Counted from the stretch's first letter, positions 18,554 to 28,549 are shown. The stretch is 35,910 nt of DNA from Abditibacteriaceae bacterium (GCA_031425655.1 JANPJS010000125.1:1-35910), one strand, 5' to 3'. The notes: a model not told the origin generated them from the letters alone. Program-made: numbers and translations.

Positions 18554-18592
18554 AAACGGCCCGCTTTTCCAAATTGGAAAAGCGGGCCGTTT
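18554..18592 (+). terminator. mdh terminator
   Basis: AAACGGCCCGCTTTTCCAA-A-TTGGAAAAGCGGGCCGTTT followed by GTTTTT. Confidence 0.8.
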
Positions 18593-18628
18593 GTTTTTCA
18601 GCGAATCGTTGCGAACGCCAAAAAATCA

Positions 18629-18656
18629 CAAAGCCCCACCGGATGGCGGGGCTTTG
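18629..18656 (-). terminator. Terminator of the small lipoprotein gene
   Basis: CAAAGCCCC..GGGGCTTTG hairpin just after the stop at 18669, with T-rich sequence on the minus strand. Confidence 0.65.
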
Positions 18657-18668
18657 CAAACAACAAGG

Positions 18669-18809
18669 TTACGGGGATGGGGCAGTGTTACCTGTTGCGT
18701 TGACTGGCGGCGCTTCTTCTTCCGGCGTGCCACAGCCAACAACCAACGCGCTGCACATCAAGCCACCGAGAACGGCGAGCAAAGCGAAACGACTCATCCA
18801 CATTTTCAT
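18669..18809 (-). CDS. Small putative lipoprotein (46 aa), absent from the ORF track
   Basis: SD AAGGAGG. Translates to MKMWMSRFALLAVLGGLMCSALVVGCGTPEEEAPPVNATGNTAPSP with lipobox VVGC. Confidence 0.75.
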   Translation of the reverse strand: MKMWMSRFALLAVLGGLMCSALVVGCGTPEEEAPPVNATGNTAPSP

Positions 18810-18987
18810 CGAAAAATCCTCCTTAAGGTTGACCAAGTCACGCGCAGTATAAAGCCTGCGATTTCACTGCGCAAGCATTTTTGACATAGCAAAAATGCTC
18901 AGAACAGATATAAGCGCGTATCGCGCGCCGATTACGTTCCGTCTTAGTCATCAAGCGCACGCAATTCTGCGAGCGCAAATTTGGTTC

Positions 18988-21378
18988 TCAAAAAGCCCGC
19001 GCGATTTCTAAAGAAAACAGATTCTGCGTAACTTTCGGTTCGTTGAAAATGAAATTCGGCTGCGAAGTCGAAGCGCGCGTGAAGCGGGCCGACACCGTGA
19101 TGTCGCGGCGAAAATCGTAGCTCGCGTTCAAGCGAATGATTTGTTGGCGCGACAAGTTTGCGCCCGGCGCGGTTGCTTCCGAGTTCAAATCGGCGTATTC
19201 CATGCCGCCGCCCAGTCGCAGCTTGCTGGTCGCGCGCCAGTAGCCTTCAAAGCGCAGAGTTTCGGCTCCGCCCAAGCCAATCGAACCCGGAATGACCGGG
19301 CCAAAAACCGGCGCGACCGGATAGCCCAACGGCACGCCGCGGTAATAAGCATCGTAGCCGGGGCGATTGGCGCTCAAATCCAAATAAGTGCGGCCCTGCA
19401 AGTTGGCGAATTCGACGTAAGCGCCAAGTTTCGAGGGATTGCGCGGCGAAAAAAGATGCGCGCCCAGCAGGCTGGCGTAGCGGTTGCGAATGCGATTGTT
19501 GTTATTCGCGCCGAAATCGTCGGCCAACAATTCCGCATACACGCGTGCGCCGCGCGCAATGCTGCTTTCGATATAAAGTTCGCCCGACAGATTACCTGTC
19601 TCATCCCCAATGCGCTCGGCTAAAGCCAACGGAATCGGGCTAAATGTCGCCAAAAGCAGCTTGGGGCTAAGGGAATCGGTCGCATCAACCACTGATTCGA
19701 TGACACCGATGCGCGTTTGCGAGCCGATATTCAAATACGTGTTTTTGGCGTAAAACGAGCGCTTCGCGCCGTTTGGGGCGGAACCGAGCGGCGCGTAAAC
19801 GCTTTCGGCGACCCACGAACCGCGCTTGAGCGTGGCGTGAATCATATTCAGCGGCCCGGCGTTGTCGCTGAGCAAAAGCGTGCCGAAATGGCCCGGCCCG
19901 AACCATAATTCGTTGCGCCCGACATCAATAGTCAGGCCGCGCAGCAATTTATTGGCGTTATAAGAAAGCAGGGCGCGCCGCACAAAATAGCTGCGGTCGT
20001 TGACGCCTCGGACAGGATCGCTTCCGGCGTCTACCGAGCCGAGAAAACTGAAATCGCCGGAGCGTGCCCACAAGTTGGTGCGCGTGTCCAATCCGCTGCG
20101 CGTGCGAAAACCGCGCGGATTCGAAAGCGTTCCCGGAACCACCGGCCCGCTTTCGCTAAAGGGCGGACGGAAGTTGTCGTTGTCGCCGCCGAGCAGGGAA
20201 AGGCGCTGCTGGCCGCTAACGCCAAACTCGAAGCCCTTGCTTTGCGAAAACGGCGCGACTGCGGCATCGCTGACACCTAATGTCCGCAATTCTCTGCCGT
20301 ATTCATTGACGAGTTGGCCAAGCGCCACGCGATTCTTTGACGAAGCGTTTTCGGCTTTCGGACTGGAAAGAGCCTCACGAATCAAGCCGGCGATGTGCGC
20401 CCGCGTAAAAGTGATGTCTTCAGCAGTGCGATGGCGGCGCACACCTTCGTCGTTAAAAACGTGCGCCGGCTGGCTGGTAATCAATCCCTGCGCGGCGAGG
20501 CCGGCCAGATAAAGATAAGTCGCATCCGCTTTTGGCACAACGATATTGGAAGCGCCGGTTTCAAAGCGAATCGGCGCGGCGGGAACGCCGGGCGCGACTT
20601 CCATAATCGCAGGCGCGGCGCCTGAAGTGACGCCGATTATATCGCCGGCCACAGGCGCCCAGATTTCATCGCGCCAGAGAATGGTGCCGGTCGCATTGGC
20701 CGGATTGACGGCCAAAACGCGCACCAAAGCCACCACGTTGCCATCGCGCAGAACCGGCAGCGTGGCGCCGGCTTTAATGCCGCGCTGTGCGCCCGCGTTG
20801 AGCGTCACATTTGTGCCGTCCACGCTGGCCAAAGCCACCGATGACGCCGAGATGGGCATCGTCTTGATCGGTTGCCCTGTCGGAAGCGTGGGCAGGGGCT
20901 TGAGCGTGGGCGCGATAGGCGTAAGCGGCGTGGAGGACGAGGGCGCGACGTTCGCGGTGTTACCGCCGGCTGGCGCTGTTACGGACGGCGGCGTGGCGGG
21001 CTGCGGCTCCGGCGCGGCGGGTAAAGCGCCCAATTCGAGGAAGCGCGCCACATCACCCACGGTGACGATGAAGTCCGTGGCCACAGAAAGCAAATTCGCG
21101 GTGCTGTCAGTGCGGCGCACTTCGGTGATTTGCATCCGTGCTTGCGGTTGCCCGCCGCGCATCACGGCATAAATTGCGCCTCTTTGGGCGCCGTCGTCGC
21201 TGCCGATGCCGAGTGTGATTTGCTGACGGCGCGCCGAAGTAATGACGGCTTCGCGCGGCCCGGCGTCCTGTGCCAGAACGCTTGAGGTCAGCAGAGGCGT
21301 GAACGGCGCCGTGCCCAGAAGCGCCATCGCTGCCGGCACAACGCCTGTGGAAACACGCAGTTTCGAGTGTGAATGCAT
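18988..21378 (-). CDS. Outer-membrane protein with capsule-assembly Wzi-like barrel and duplicated N-terminal beta domains
   Basis: Signal peptide, GRNELWFGPGHFGTLLLSDNA Wzi-like motif, terminal Phe. Two repeats resembling FlgT-C (ITLGIGSDDGAQRG / VTLNAGAQRGIKAG). Confidence 0.65.
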   Translation of the reverse strand: MHSHSKLRVSTGVVPAAMALLGTAPFTPLLTSSVLAQDAGPREAVITSARRQQITLGIGSDDGAQRGAIYAVMRGGQPQARMQITEVRRTDSTANLLSVATDFIVTVGDVARFLELGALPAAPEPQPATPPSVTAPAGGNTANVAPSSSTPLTPIAPTLKPLPTLPTGQPIKTMPISASSVALASVDGTNVTLNAGAQRGIKAGATLPVLRDGNVVALVRVLAVNPANATGTILWRDEIWAPVAGDIIGVTSGAAPAIMEVAPGVPAAPIRFETGASNIVVPKADATYLYLAGLAAQGLITSQPAHVFNDEGVRRHRTAEDITFTRAHIAGLIREALSSPKAENASSKNRVALGQLVNEYGRELRTLGVSDAAVAPFSQSKGFEFGVSGQQRLSLLGGDNDNFRPPFSESGPVVPGTLSNPRGFRTRSGLDTRTNLWARSGDFSFLGSVDAGSDPVRGVNDRSYFVRRALLSYNANKLLRGLTIDVGRNELWFGPGHFGTLLLSDNAGPLNMIHATLKRGSWVAESVYAPLGSAPNGAKRSFYAKNTYLNIGSQTRIGVIESVVDATDSLSPKLLLATFSPIPLALAERIGDETGNLSGELYIESSIARGARVYAELLADDFGANNNNRIRNRYASLLGAHLFSPRNPSKLGAYVEFANLQGRTYLDLSANRPGYDAYYRGVPLGYPVAPVFGPVIPGSIGLGGAETLRFEGYWRATSKLRLGGGMEYADLNSEATAPGANLSRQQIIRLNASYDFRRDITVSARFTRASTSQPNFIFNEPKVTQNLFSLEIARAF

Positions 21379-21468
21379 CAAAATTTCTCCTTCAATTCGC
21401 CTTCAAACGTCCCGGCGGCTTCGTTGAAATTCTACAATAATTGCCAATGAGTCACCAAAACTTAAACG

Positions 21469-21500
21469 AAAATGGCCCGTGTTTTCACACAGGCCATTTC
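21469..21500 (-). terminator. Probable terminator
   Basis: AAATGGCC..GTG-TTTT-CAC..GGCCATTT hairpin. Confidence 0.55.
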
Positions 21501-21530
21501 AGGTTTGTCCGGCACGCGACAAAAGCCGTC

Positions 21531-22247
21531 TTAGCGCACTTCAGTCTTGGTTTTCGGCTCAGTCTTGGTTTTCGGCTCAGTCTTCGTTTCGGCGTCGGTC
21601 TTGATGGTATCGCGCGAGCCGGACAGAACCGGCGCGATGCTTTCCAGCAGCGTGGTCAGCGTGGACGTATCTTCCGCAACCTGGCTTAAGGCGCGCAGTT
21701 GATCCGGCGCGAGGCTGTTAGCCGGCACTTCCTGCAATTCCAACACGAAATCGCTCAACGTCGAGCGTAAACCACGCGCGGGATGGTTGAAAGCGCTAAC
21801 CACCAAGCGATCTGTCGGCTTGAGCGATTTCTCTTGGTTGCCCAGCGATTTGCTCAGTCGCAGGCCCGCTTTAGCAACCCGATTGGCAACACGAGTCAGC
21901 GCTTTGGCATCGTAAAGCGGCGCGATGGTTTCCGTCGTTTTGTCGTCTTTTTGCACTTTCTTGGCTTTCGCCACGTCGCGCGTTGCGTTCAGGAAGCTTT
22001 GCATCGCCACGCCGAATCGCCCCAGCGCCGCGTTGTAGCTGGCCAAGTGAATGCGCGGGTTTTGCGCCGCGTAAGTGCGGCCCGAAGCGCCCAGCGCGCC
22101 AACACGCGCGCTCAGCGTTTCCATCTTGGAATCCACATCCGGCGCCGTGGGCGCGGTTTGCGCGCGAGCAATGCCGAATCCGGTGAAAAGCAGCGTCGCG
22201 CCCACTATCAATCCTGTTTTCCATTGCCGCCGTTTTGCCGTTTTCAC
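21531..22247 (-). CDS. Secreted helical hypothetical protein with C-terminal TKTEPK repeats
   Basis: GTG after SD AAGGAG, signal peptide ending ARA-Q, 18-bp coding repeat near the 3' end. Confidence 0.7.
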   Translation of the reverse strand: MKTAKRRQWKTGLIVGATLLFTGFGIARAQTAPTAPDVDSKMETLSARVGALGASGRTYAAQNPRIHLASYNAALGRFGVAMQSFLNATRDVAKAKKVQKDDKTTETIAPLYDAKALTRVANRVAKAGLRLSKSLGNQEKSLKPTDRLVVSAFNHPARGLRSTLSDFVLELQEVPANSLAPDQLRALSQVAEDTSTLTTLLESIAPVLSGSRDTIKTDAETKTEPKTKTEPKTKTEVR

Positions 22248-22383
22248 TGTGATTCTCCTTGAGGTTTCGTCGTTCGCGCTTTCAAAATAGAGATGTTGTG
22301 CCATGCGAATTAAACCCATTGTAACAAAACGATTTTTCGCAGGCCACACGCAAATTTACGACGCGCGACGCCTGAAAACTGCT

Positions 22384-23559
22384 TCAATCGTAACGAAAGT
22401 AAGCGCAGCAGCGGGCGCACACCGAATACGGGCCGTTCTGCGCCAATCTCATGCGATGCGCGCGAAAGAGTTCGCCATTCCAGATGTCCATGAACGGCGT
22501 ATCGCGGATGTTGCCGACAATGTGATTGAAACACGGCGACACGTCGCCATTCGGGAAAATCGCGGTTTGCAGCCACGCGCAGCCCGGCGCACGCGGACGA
22601 ATAAAAGTTTCCGGCTCGTTGTAATAAGTGTGCAATTCGGTTTGGTTGAGTTCGGGATAGAAAACGGCGGGAATCGGCGAAGTGCGCTCGGTTTCGCGCA
22701 TCACTTCGTGAAGCTCGTTGGCGTCAATCGGCGCGGTTTCGGTGCTGCCGATTTCATCAATATCCATCGGCATACAATCGCTCCACTGATGATTGTGATC
22801 GTCAATCATCGGGCGCGTCATGAACCAGAAGTGCTGAAAATTGATGATCGAAGCGCCTAATTCCGCCGCGACTTTGGCAACCTGCGGCATATTGCGAAAA
22901 TTGGTGCTGGTGATGACCGAGTTGATAACCACGACCGGAAGCGCCGATTTGCGCTGCTTTTTCAATTCGAGCAGCTTTTGCAAGCCGCGTTGGGCTTTAT
23001 CGAATGTGCCGTCCACCATGCGCAGTTTGTCGTGCGTGTCGCGCGGGCCGTCAATCGAGATTTGCAGCGAGGCTGGCGGCGCTTCGATGAGTTCTTCGGC
23101 TTTGCGTTCGAGCAGCGTGGCATTGGTCACCATCGCGGCGTGCATCCCGTGATGCTTGATGCGTCCCAATAATTCGCCGATGCGCGGATAAAGCAAAGGT
23201 TCGCCGCCGGTAATCGAGAAATACGGTTTATACGGCGCGACCTGGTCTACTAAATTCATCCATTCGTCGTCGAGAAAGTAATCGGCCTTGCCGAAAACCT
23301 GCCCATTGGCGACGAAGCGGCAAAATCCGCAGCGCAAATTGCAGCGAAAAGTCGGCTTAATGGTGATAAAACGCGGGTTTTGCGAGTGCCCGTCAGTTTT
23401 GCCCCAGACTTGCTGTTCCCACGGCAAAACAAGGCTGCGGATGCGGTTGTGCAAATACCAGGGAATGAAGGTTCCGGCTAATTGGCGCGCTTCTTCAGGA
23501 TTCTCCCGAATCATACGAAGCCCGATGCCCTTCACCATTTTTACGGCGTGATTACTCAT
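22384..23559 (-). CDS. Radical SAM/SPASM-twitch domain protein
   Basis: CNLRCGFC, GGEP, ISIDG and C-terminal C...GDVSPC...CARCC motifs. Confidence 0.9.
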   Translation of the reverse strand: MSNHAVKMVKGIGLRMIRENPEEARQLAGTFIPWYLHNRIRSLVLPWEQQVWGKTDGHSQNPRFITIKPTFRCNLRCGFCRFVANGQVFGKADYFLDDEWMNLVDQVAPYKPYFSITGGEPLLYPRIGELLGRIKHHGMHAAMVTNATLLERKAEELIEAPPASLQISIDGPRDTHDKLRMVDGTFDKAQRGLQKLLELKKQRKSALPVVVINSVITSTNFRNMPQVAKVAAELGASIINFQHFWFMTRPMIDDHNHQWSDCMPMDIDEIGSTETAPIDANELHEVMRETERTSPIPAVFYPELNQTELHTYYNEPETFIRPRAPGCAWLQTAIFPNGDVSPCFNHIVGNIRDTPFMDIWNGELFRAHRMRLAQNGPYSVCARCCAYFRYD

Positions 23560-23566
23560 AGCTTAA

Positions 23567-23627
23567 TGAATTTAGAATTGAGAATTTAGAAATACAGTCC
23601 ACTTTTCTCAATTCTAAATTCTCAATT
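23567..23627. repeat. Heptamer repeat hairpin (TT[G/T]AGAA)
   Basis: TTTAGAA TTGAGAA TTTAGAA followed by inverted units. Confidence 0.75.
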
Positions 23628-23628
23628 C

Positions 23629-23967
23629 CTACGTCGTTGCGGCGGTTTCGGTTTTGGCGGGCGTGGTGCTTTCGCTTTTCGGCTCGCTTTTGGTTTCGGT
23701 TTTCGTTTCCGATTTGGTCTCGGTCGTCGCGTCCTTCGATTCGGCGGACGCTGTTTCTTTCGGCTCGCTCGAAGACTTGGCTTTTTTCTTCTCGGCAGCT
23801 AAATCGGTGACGTAAAAACCACTGCCTTTGAAATGTAATTTCGGCGCGTGCAGCACTTTTTTCACGGCTGCACCGCATTCTGGGCAAGGCGGCGCGTCGG
23901 CGCCCACTTCCTGCCAGATTTCAAACTTATTCTCGCAATCTTTGCACTTGTATTCGTAATTCGGCAC
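23629..23967 (-). CDS. FmdB family zinc-ribbon protein
   Basis: MPNYEYKCKDC...CPECG...FKGSGFYVTD with a low-complexity tail. GTG start after AGAGGAG. Confidence 0.9.
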   Translation of the reverse strand: MPNYEYKCKDCENKFEIWQEVGADAPPCPECGAAVKKVLHAPKLHFKGSGFYVTDLAAEKKKAKSSSEPKETASAESKDATTETKSETKTETKSEPKSESTTPAKTETAATT

Positions 23968-24104
23968 GTCTCGACTCCTCTTGGAAACTTCTGCAATTAT
24001 AGCGTTTTCTGGCTTTCCCTGTTCAGAGCGCCCGGCGATGCGCGCGGTTCCCTGCCGTTAAATTTCCGTTCGGCGAAATTGGTAAGCTGAAATGCGCTTC
24101 GCTT

Positions 24105-25475
24105 ATGCAGAAAACACCTGTTTCTCCTTCGCGCCACGCGCCCGGCCCGCCGGGCCGCTTTTTATTCGGCAGTTTGCTCGACGTGCGCGAAAACCCCATC
24201 GAATTTTACGCGGAGGCCACGCGGCGCTACGGCGATGTCGTGCGCTTTCGCTACGGACGCCGCAAAGCGTGGCATTTGGTCAACAATCCGGCGCATATCG
24301 AATGGATTTTGCAGAAAAACGTCGGCAATTATCCCAAAGGCTTCTTTTTCAACCGGCGCATCAGCCTGCTCTGCGGCAACGGCTTGGTCACCAGCGAAGG
24401 CGATTTCTGGCGCCGTCAAAGGCGTTTGGCGCAACCGGCGTTTCACCGCCAGCGCTTGGCAAATCTCGTCGGCACCATGACAGATGCCACTGATTCCATG
24501 CTTGGCGAATGGGATGATTATGCGCGGCGCGATCACGCTTTCGACGTGACCGAATCCATGATGCGTTTGGCCTTGCAAGTCGTTGGGCGTTCGCTGTTCA
24601 GCACCGAATTGGGCGAGCACAGCGAGCGCGTATATCACGCCATGAGCGGCGTTTTAGCGCACATCGGATTTCGGATGTTCAACCCGTTCTCGGCGGGCGA
24701 AAAGGTGCCGACCAAGCGCAACCGCACTTTTGTGCGCGACCGGCACACGTTGGATGAAGTTTCGCGCCACATCATCGAAGAACGGCGGCGCGAAGGCGGC
24801 GACCGGGGCGATTTACTTTCGATGTTGATGTTGGCGCGCGACGAAGAAACCGGCGAAGGCATGAGCGACGCGCAGTTATTGGACGAAGTCCGCACTTTGC
24901 TTTTTACCGGCCACGAAACGACGGCTGTTGCGCTGTCGTGGACGTTCAAGCTGCTGGCTCAAAATCCTCATGTCCGTGAGCGTTTGCAAAGCGAAGTTGA
25001 CGAAGTTTTGCAAAACCGCACGCCGACGCTGGAGGATTTACCGCGCCTGACGTTCACGCGCCAGATTTTCGAGGAAACGCTGCGCTTATATCCGCCGGTT
25101 TGGTGCATTCCGCGCCATTGCAACCAAGCGGACGAAATCGGCGGCTACGACATCGGTGCCGATTCAACCGTCGTGATTTTGCCATATTTGACGCATCGTC
25201 ACCCCGATTTTTGGGACAACCCGGAAGCCTTCGATCCCGACCGTTTTTCACTTGAACGCTGTGAAAACCGCGCCAAATTCGCGTATTTCCCGTTCGGCGG
25301 CGGGCCGCGCGTGTGCATCGGCGCCAATTTCTCGATGATGGAGGCGCAAATTATTCTGGCGATGGTGACGCAGAAATTCCAACTCGATTTAGTGCCCGAT
25401 CACCCGGTTTCCATGTCGCAATCGCTGACTTTGCGCCCGCGACACGGCTTAAAAATGACTTTAACGCCGCGTTGA
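24105..25475 (+). CDS. Cytochrome P450
   Basis: TGHETT, EETLRLYPP and FPFGGGPRVCIG motifs. Confidence 0.96.
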   Translation: MQKTPVSPSRHAPGPPGRFLFGSLLDVRENPIEFYAEATRRYGDVVRFRYGRRKAWHLVNNPAHIEWILQKNVGNYPKGFFFNRRISLLCGNGLVTSEGDFWRRQRRLAQPAFHRQRLANLVGTMTDATDSMLGEWDDYARRDHAFDVTESMMRLALQVVGRSLFSTELGEHSERVYHAMSGVLAHIGFRMFNPFSAGEKVPTKRNRTFVRDRHTLDEVSRHIIEERRREGGDRGDLLSMLMLARDEETGEGMSDAQLLDEVRTLLFTGHETTAVALSWTFKLLAQNPHVRERLQSEVDEVLQNRTPTLEDLPRLTFTRQIFEETLRLYPPVWCIPRHCNQADEIGGYDIGADSTVVILPYLTHRHPDFWDNPEAFDPDRFSLERCENRAKFAYFPFGGGPRVCIGANFSMMEAQIILAMVTQKFQLDLVPDHPVSMSQSLTLRPRHGLKMTLTPR

Positions 25476-25477
25476 TA

Positions 25478-25562
25478 TTCACCACAAAGACACCAAGACA
25501 CAAAGAAAATCAGTTTAAAGTCCTTTTTAAAATTCTTTGTGTCTTGGTGTCTTTGTGGTGAA
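25478..25562. repeat. 30-bp perfect inverted repeat
   Basis: TTCACCACAAAGACACCAAGACACAAAGAA (25478-25507) and its reverse complement (25533-25562). Confidence 0.9.
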
Positions 25563-25570
25563 AATTTTCC

Positions 25571-26857
25571 ATGACTTCCCACCGCGTTATTCTCGCTACT
25601 TTCGGCACGTTGGGCGATTTGTATCCCTATCTCGCCATCGCGCGCGAACTGAATGCGCGCGGTCATCGCGCCGCAGTTGCAACGGCAGAATTTCATCGCG
25701 CGACAGTCGAAGGCGCTGATGTGGAACTTTTGCCGATTCGTCCCGATTTGCCGCGCGATAATTTCAGCGAAGCCTTCGCGGGCGTGATGGACGCGCGCGG
25801 CGGCACCAAATACTTGTTTCAAAACCTGATTTTGCCCGCGCTGCGCCAAAGCTACGACGATTTAACGCGCGCAACGGCAAACGCCGACCTTTTAGTCACG
25901 CATTCTCTTGCGCCGGGGGCAGTTTTGGTGGCGCAAAAGCAAAATGTGCCCTGGATTTCTGCGGTCGTGTCGCCGATTTTCTTTTATTCGCAAAACGACC
26001 CGCCGCTATTGCCGATTTTGCCGCAGTTGGCCCGTGCGCCGCTTTTTGGCACGTTGTGGACGCGCTTTTTGATGCGCGTCGTGCATCGTCGCTTCGAGCC
26101 GACTTTCGCGCCGCTTTACGAATTCAGGCGCGAACTCGGCCTGCCGCGCGGCGCTTTGCCGCTTTTTGAAGGCCAGCATTCGCCGCACAAAGTTTTAGCG
26201 CTTTTTTCTCGTGTTTTGGCCGAACCGCAGCCCGATTGGCCGCAAAATACCATCGTTACGGGATTTTGCGAATTAGATGACAGGCGTGATTTATCGCCAA
26301 CAGCGCGCGGTTTTCTCGAACGCGGCAACGCGCCTTTAGTGTTCACATTAGGCGCGTCGTCCACGCACGCGCCCGGCGATTTCTGGGCGCAAAGCGTAGC
26401 CTCCGCGCGATTATTAAAGCGCCGCGCGCTGTTATTAACGGGCCGCGACGACGTAACTTTCGCCCCGTCGCCGGATGTTGCCGTTTTCGCCTACGAGCCG
26501 CTGGGGCAAATCCTGCCGCGCGCCGCAGCGCTGGTTCATCACGGCGGCATGGGCACGATTGCCCTCGCTTTGCGCGCCGCCTGTCCGCAGCTCATCATGC
26601 CTTTAGCCAACGACCAACCCGACAACGCCGCGCGCATCGCCCGTCATCGCGTAGCGCGCGTGTTGTCTCCGGCGGCATATCAAGCGCCGCGCGTGGCTCT
26701 CGAAATCAGAAAACTGTTGGAAGATCAACTCATCGCGCAGCGCGGCGCCGAGTTGCAAAAAATTATCGAAGCAGAAAACGGAGCGAAAACGGCGGCGGAG
26801 CAAATCGAGAAGTATTTGAACTCTCGCAAAGGCGCAAAGACGCAAAGAGTTTTTTAG
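25571..26857 (+). CDS. GT1 family glycosyltransferase (GT-B fold)
   Basis: GTLGDLYP, VHHGGMGT and DQPDNA motifs. Confidence 0.9.
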   Translation: MTSHRVILATFGTLGDLYPYLAIARELNARGHRAAVATAEFHRATVEGADVELLPIRPDLPRDNFSEAFAGVMDARGGTKYLFQNLILPALRQSYDDLTRATANADLLVTHSLAPGAVLVAQKQNVPWISAVVSPIFFYSQNDPPLLPILPQLARAPLFGTLWTRFLMRVVHRRFEPTFAPLYEFRRELGLPRGALPLFEGQHSPHKVLALFSRVLAEPQPDWPQNTIVTGFCELDDRRDLSPTARGFLERGNAPLVFTLGASSTHAPGDFWAQSVASARLLKRRALLLTGRDDVTFAPSPDVAVFAYEPLGQILPRAAALVHHGGMGTIALALRAACPQLIMPLANDQPDNAARIARHRVARVLSPAAYQAPRVALEIRKLLEDQLIAQRGAELQKIIEAENGAKTAAEQIEKYLNSRKGAKTQRVF

Positions 26858-26890
26858 TTTTCTCTTTGCGTCTTTGCGTCTTTGCGAGAG
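26821..26890. repeat. 29-bp inverted repeat overlapping two convergent gene ends
   Basis: CTCTCGCAAAG(G/A)CGCAAAGACGCAAAGAG arms with 1 mismatch. Confidence 0.9.
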
Positions 26891-27480
26891 ATTTCAGTTA
26901 ATTCGCACACCGCGGTTTCGACATCCGGCGCGTCCCACGCCGCGCCGATGACGGCGATGCCCTGCGCGCCCGCTTCCAGACACAGCCGTGCGTTTCGCAA
27001 TGTGACGCCGCCGATGGCGAAAACCGGCACCGCGACCGAGGCGCACACTTCGCGCAGCATTTTGAGACCTGCAGGAGCCGCGCCGGGATGCGACTGCGTT
27101 TCAAACACCGAGCCGAAAATGAGGTAATCTGCGCCCTGCTCTGCCGCGCGCCGCGCTGATTCGAGCGAGTGGCAGGACGCGCCGCGCACAAAAAACTCGC
27201 CTGCGACCGGCGGCGCGTTTTCCGGCAAATGCAAGCCGGCGCCCAGCGTTTGCGCCAAGTGCGGCGCGTTGTTCAGCAGCAAAGTCGCGCCGTGCGCCAT
27301 GCACAGCGTTTGCGTGAGGTGCGCCAGCGAAGCCAATTCTTCGTGGGTCAAATCTTTTTCGCGCAGTTGAATCAATCGCGCGCCGCCGCGTAATGCAGTC
27401 TCCAGCGCGCTTGCAAAATCCGGCTTCATGCGAGCGCGCTGCGTGACCAGCATCAAACGAGGCAAAGCTGTTTTTTGCAT
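26854..27480 (-). CDS. thiE: Thiamine phosphate synthase (ThiE/TenI family)
   Basis: IQLREK, GASCHS, VFETQSHPG and FAIGG motifs. The SHPG motif is also TenI-like. Confidence 0.75.
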   Translation of the reverse strand: MQKTALPRLMLVTQRARMKPDFASALETALRGGARLIQLREKDLTHEELASLAHLTQTLCMAHGATLLLNNAPHLAQTLGAGLHLPENAPPVAGEFFVRGASCHSLESARRAAEQGADYLIFGSVFETQSHPGAAPAGLKMLREVCASVAVPVFAIGGVTLRNARLCLEAGAQGIAVIGAAWDAPDVETAVCELTEISRKDAKTQREN

Positions 27481-27535
27481 TTCGACATTGTGCGCTTGAA
27501 TTTCGATTCCTAAACTGCCCGCCCGTGTTTGGTGA

Positions 27536-28549
27536 TTGTTCGTGATCGAGTGGAGCCGGTTTTGGCCGGCCTTCTGGCCCGCGCTGGTCGGCACGCTGCA
27601 AGTGTTCGCTATCGGCGCCGCCGGGTTCGTGCTTACGCGCAAAGGCTGGCTGGGCGAAGCCGGATTGCCGGCGCTGGGCCAGCTCGTCGGCCTGTTGACG
27701 ATGCCGTGTTTGGTATTTTATCGCTTCGCCGGGCAATTCGACCCGCAAAGTTTTCCCGACTGGTGGAAATATGCGCTCATCGGCGCCGCGATCACCATTT
27801 TCGGCCTGATTTTGGGCAAACTCGTGGCGCTTCGACACGGCAACAACGACGAAGCCACCATGCTCGTCGGCTTTCAAAACGCCGGGTTTTTCGTGTTGCC
27901 GATGCTGCAAGCCTTGCTGCACGACCCGCAGGAATTGGCCCGCGCTTCGCTGATGCTGTTCGTGCTGATAATTCCTTTCAACGCTTCGCTGTGGCTGTGC
28001 GCCAACTGGCTGCTGCTGAAAAAGAATACTTTCGAGTGGCGCACAATTCTCACGCCGACTTTCGTGGCGACAGTCGGCTCGGTTCTGCTTTTCGGCGTTT
28101 TTCACGACCAAGTTCATCGCCTCGACGGCACGCTGCTCTGGCAGGTGCTTTTTGGCGACGGCAAAGCCGGCGGCAGGCCGGGTGCGGTTCAATATGTCGG
28201 AGATTTGACCGTTCCCTTAGCCACGCTCACGATGGGCGGCTCGATTGCGCTCAGCGTGCGCGGCAAATGGGCCGAAATTCCGTTCAAGCGCGCGGCGTTG
28301 GAAGTGACTTTAGTCAAGCTCATCGTGGCGCCATTGCTGGGCTATTTTATGCTGCTATATTTCGCATCCGGCGCCGATCACACAGTCTGGCTGCTCCTGA
28401 TTCTGCAATTTGCGGCGCCGCCGGGTCTGGCTATCGCCGTCTTCGCGCAACAAAACGGCTACGAGATGAAATTCATCCCCGCAGCCTGCCTGCTTTCCTA
28501 CATTTTGTGTTTGCTGACCGTGCCATTTTTCGTCGCTTTGGCTCCGTGA
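27536..28549 (+). CDS. AEC family transporter
   Basis: About 10 TM helices, FQNAGFFVLP, two-repeat architecture. Confidence 0.85.
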   Translation: MFVIEWSRFWPAFWPALVGTLQVFAIGAAGFVLTRKGWLGEAGLPALGQLVGLLTMPCLVFYRFAGQFDPQSFPDWWKYALIGAAITIFGLILGKLVALRHGNNDEATMLVGFQNAGFFVLPMLQALLHDPQELARASLMLFVLIIPFNASLWLCANWLLLKKNTFEWRTILTPTFVATVGSVLLFGVFHDQVHRLDGTLLWQVLFGDGKAGGRPGAVQYVGDLTVPLATLTMGGSIALSVRGKWAEIPFKRAALEVTLVKLIVAPLLGYFMLLYFASGADHTVWLLLILQFAAPPGLAIAVFAQQNGYEMKFIPAACLLSYILCLLTVPFFVALAP

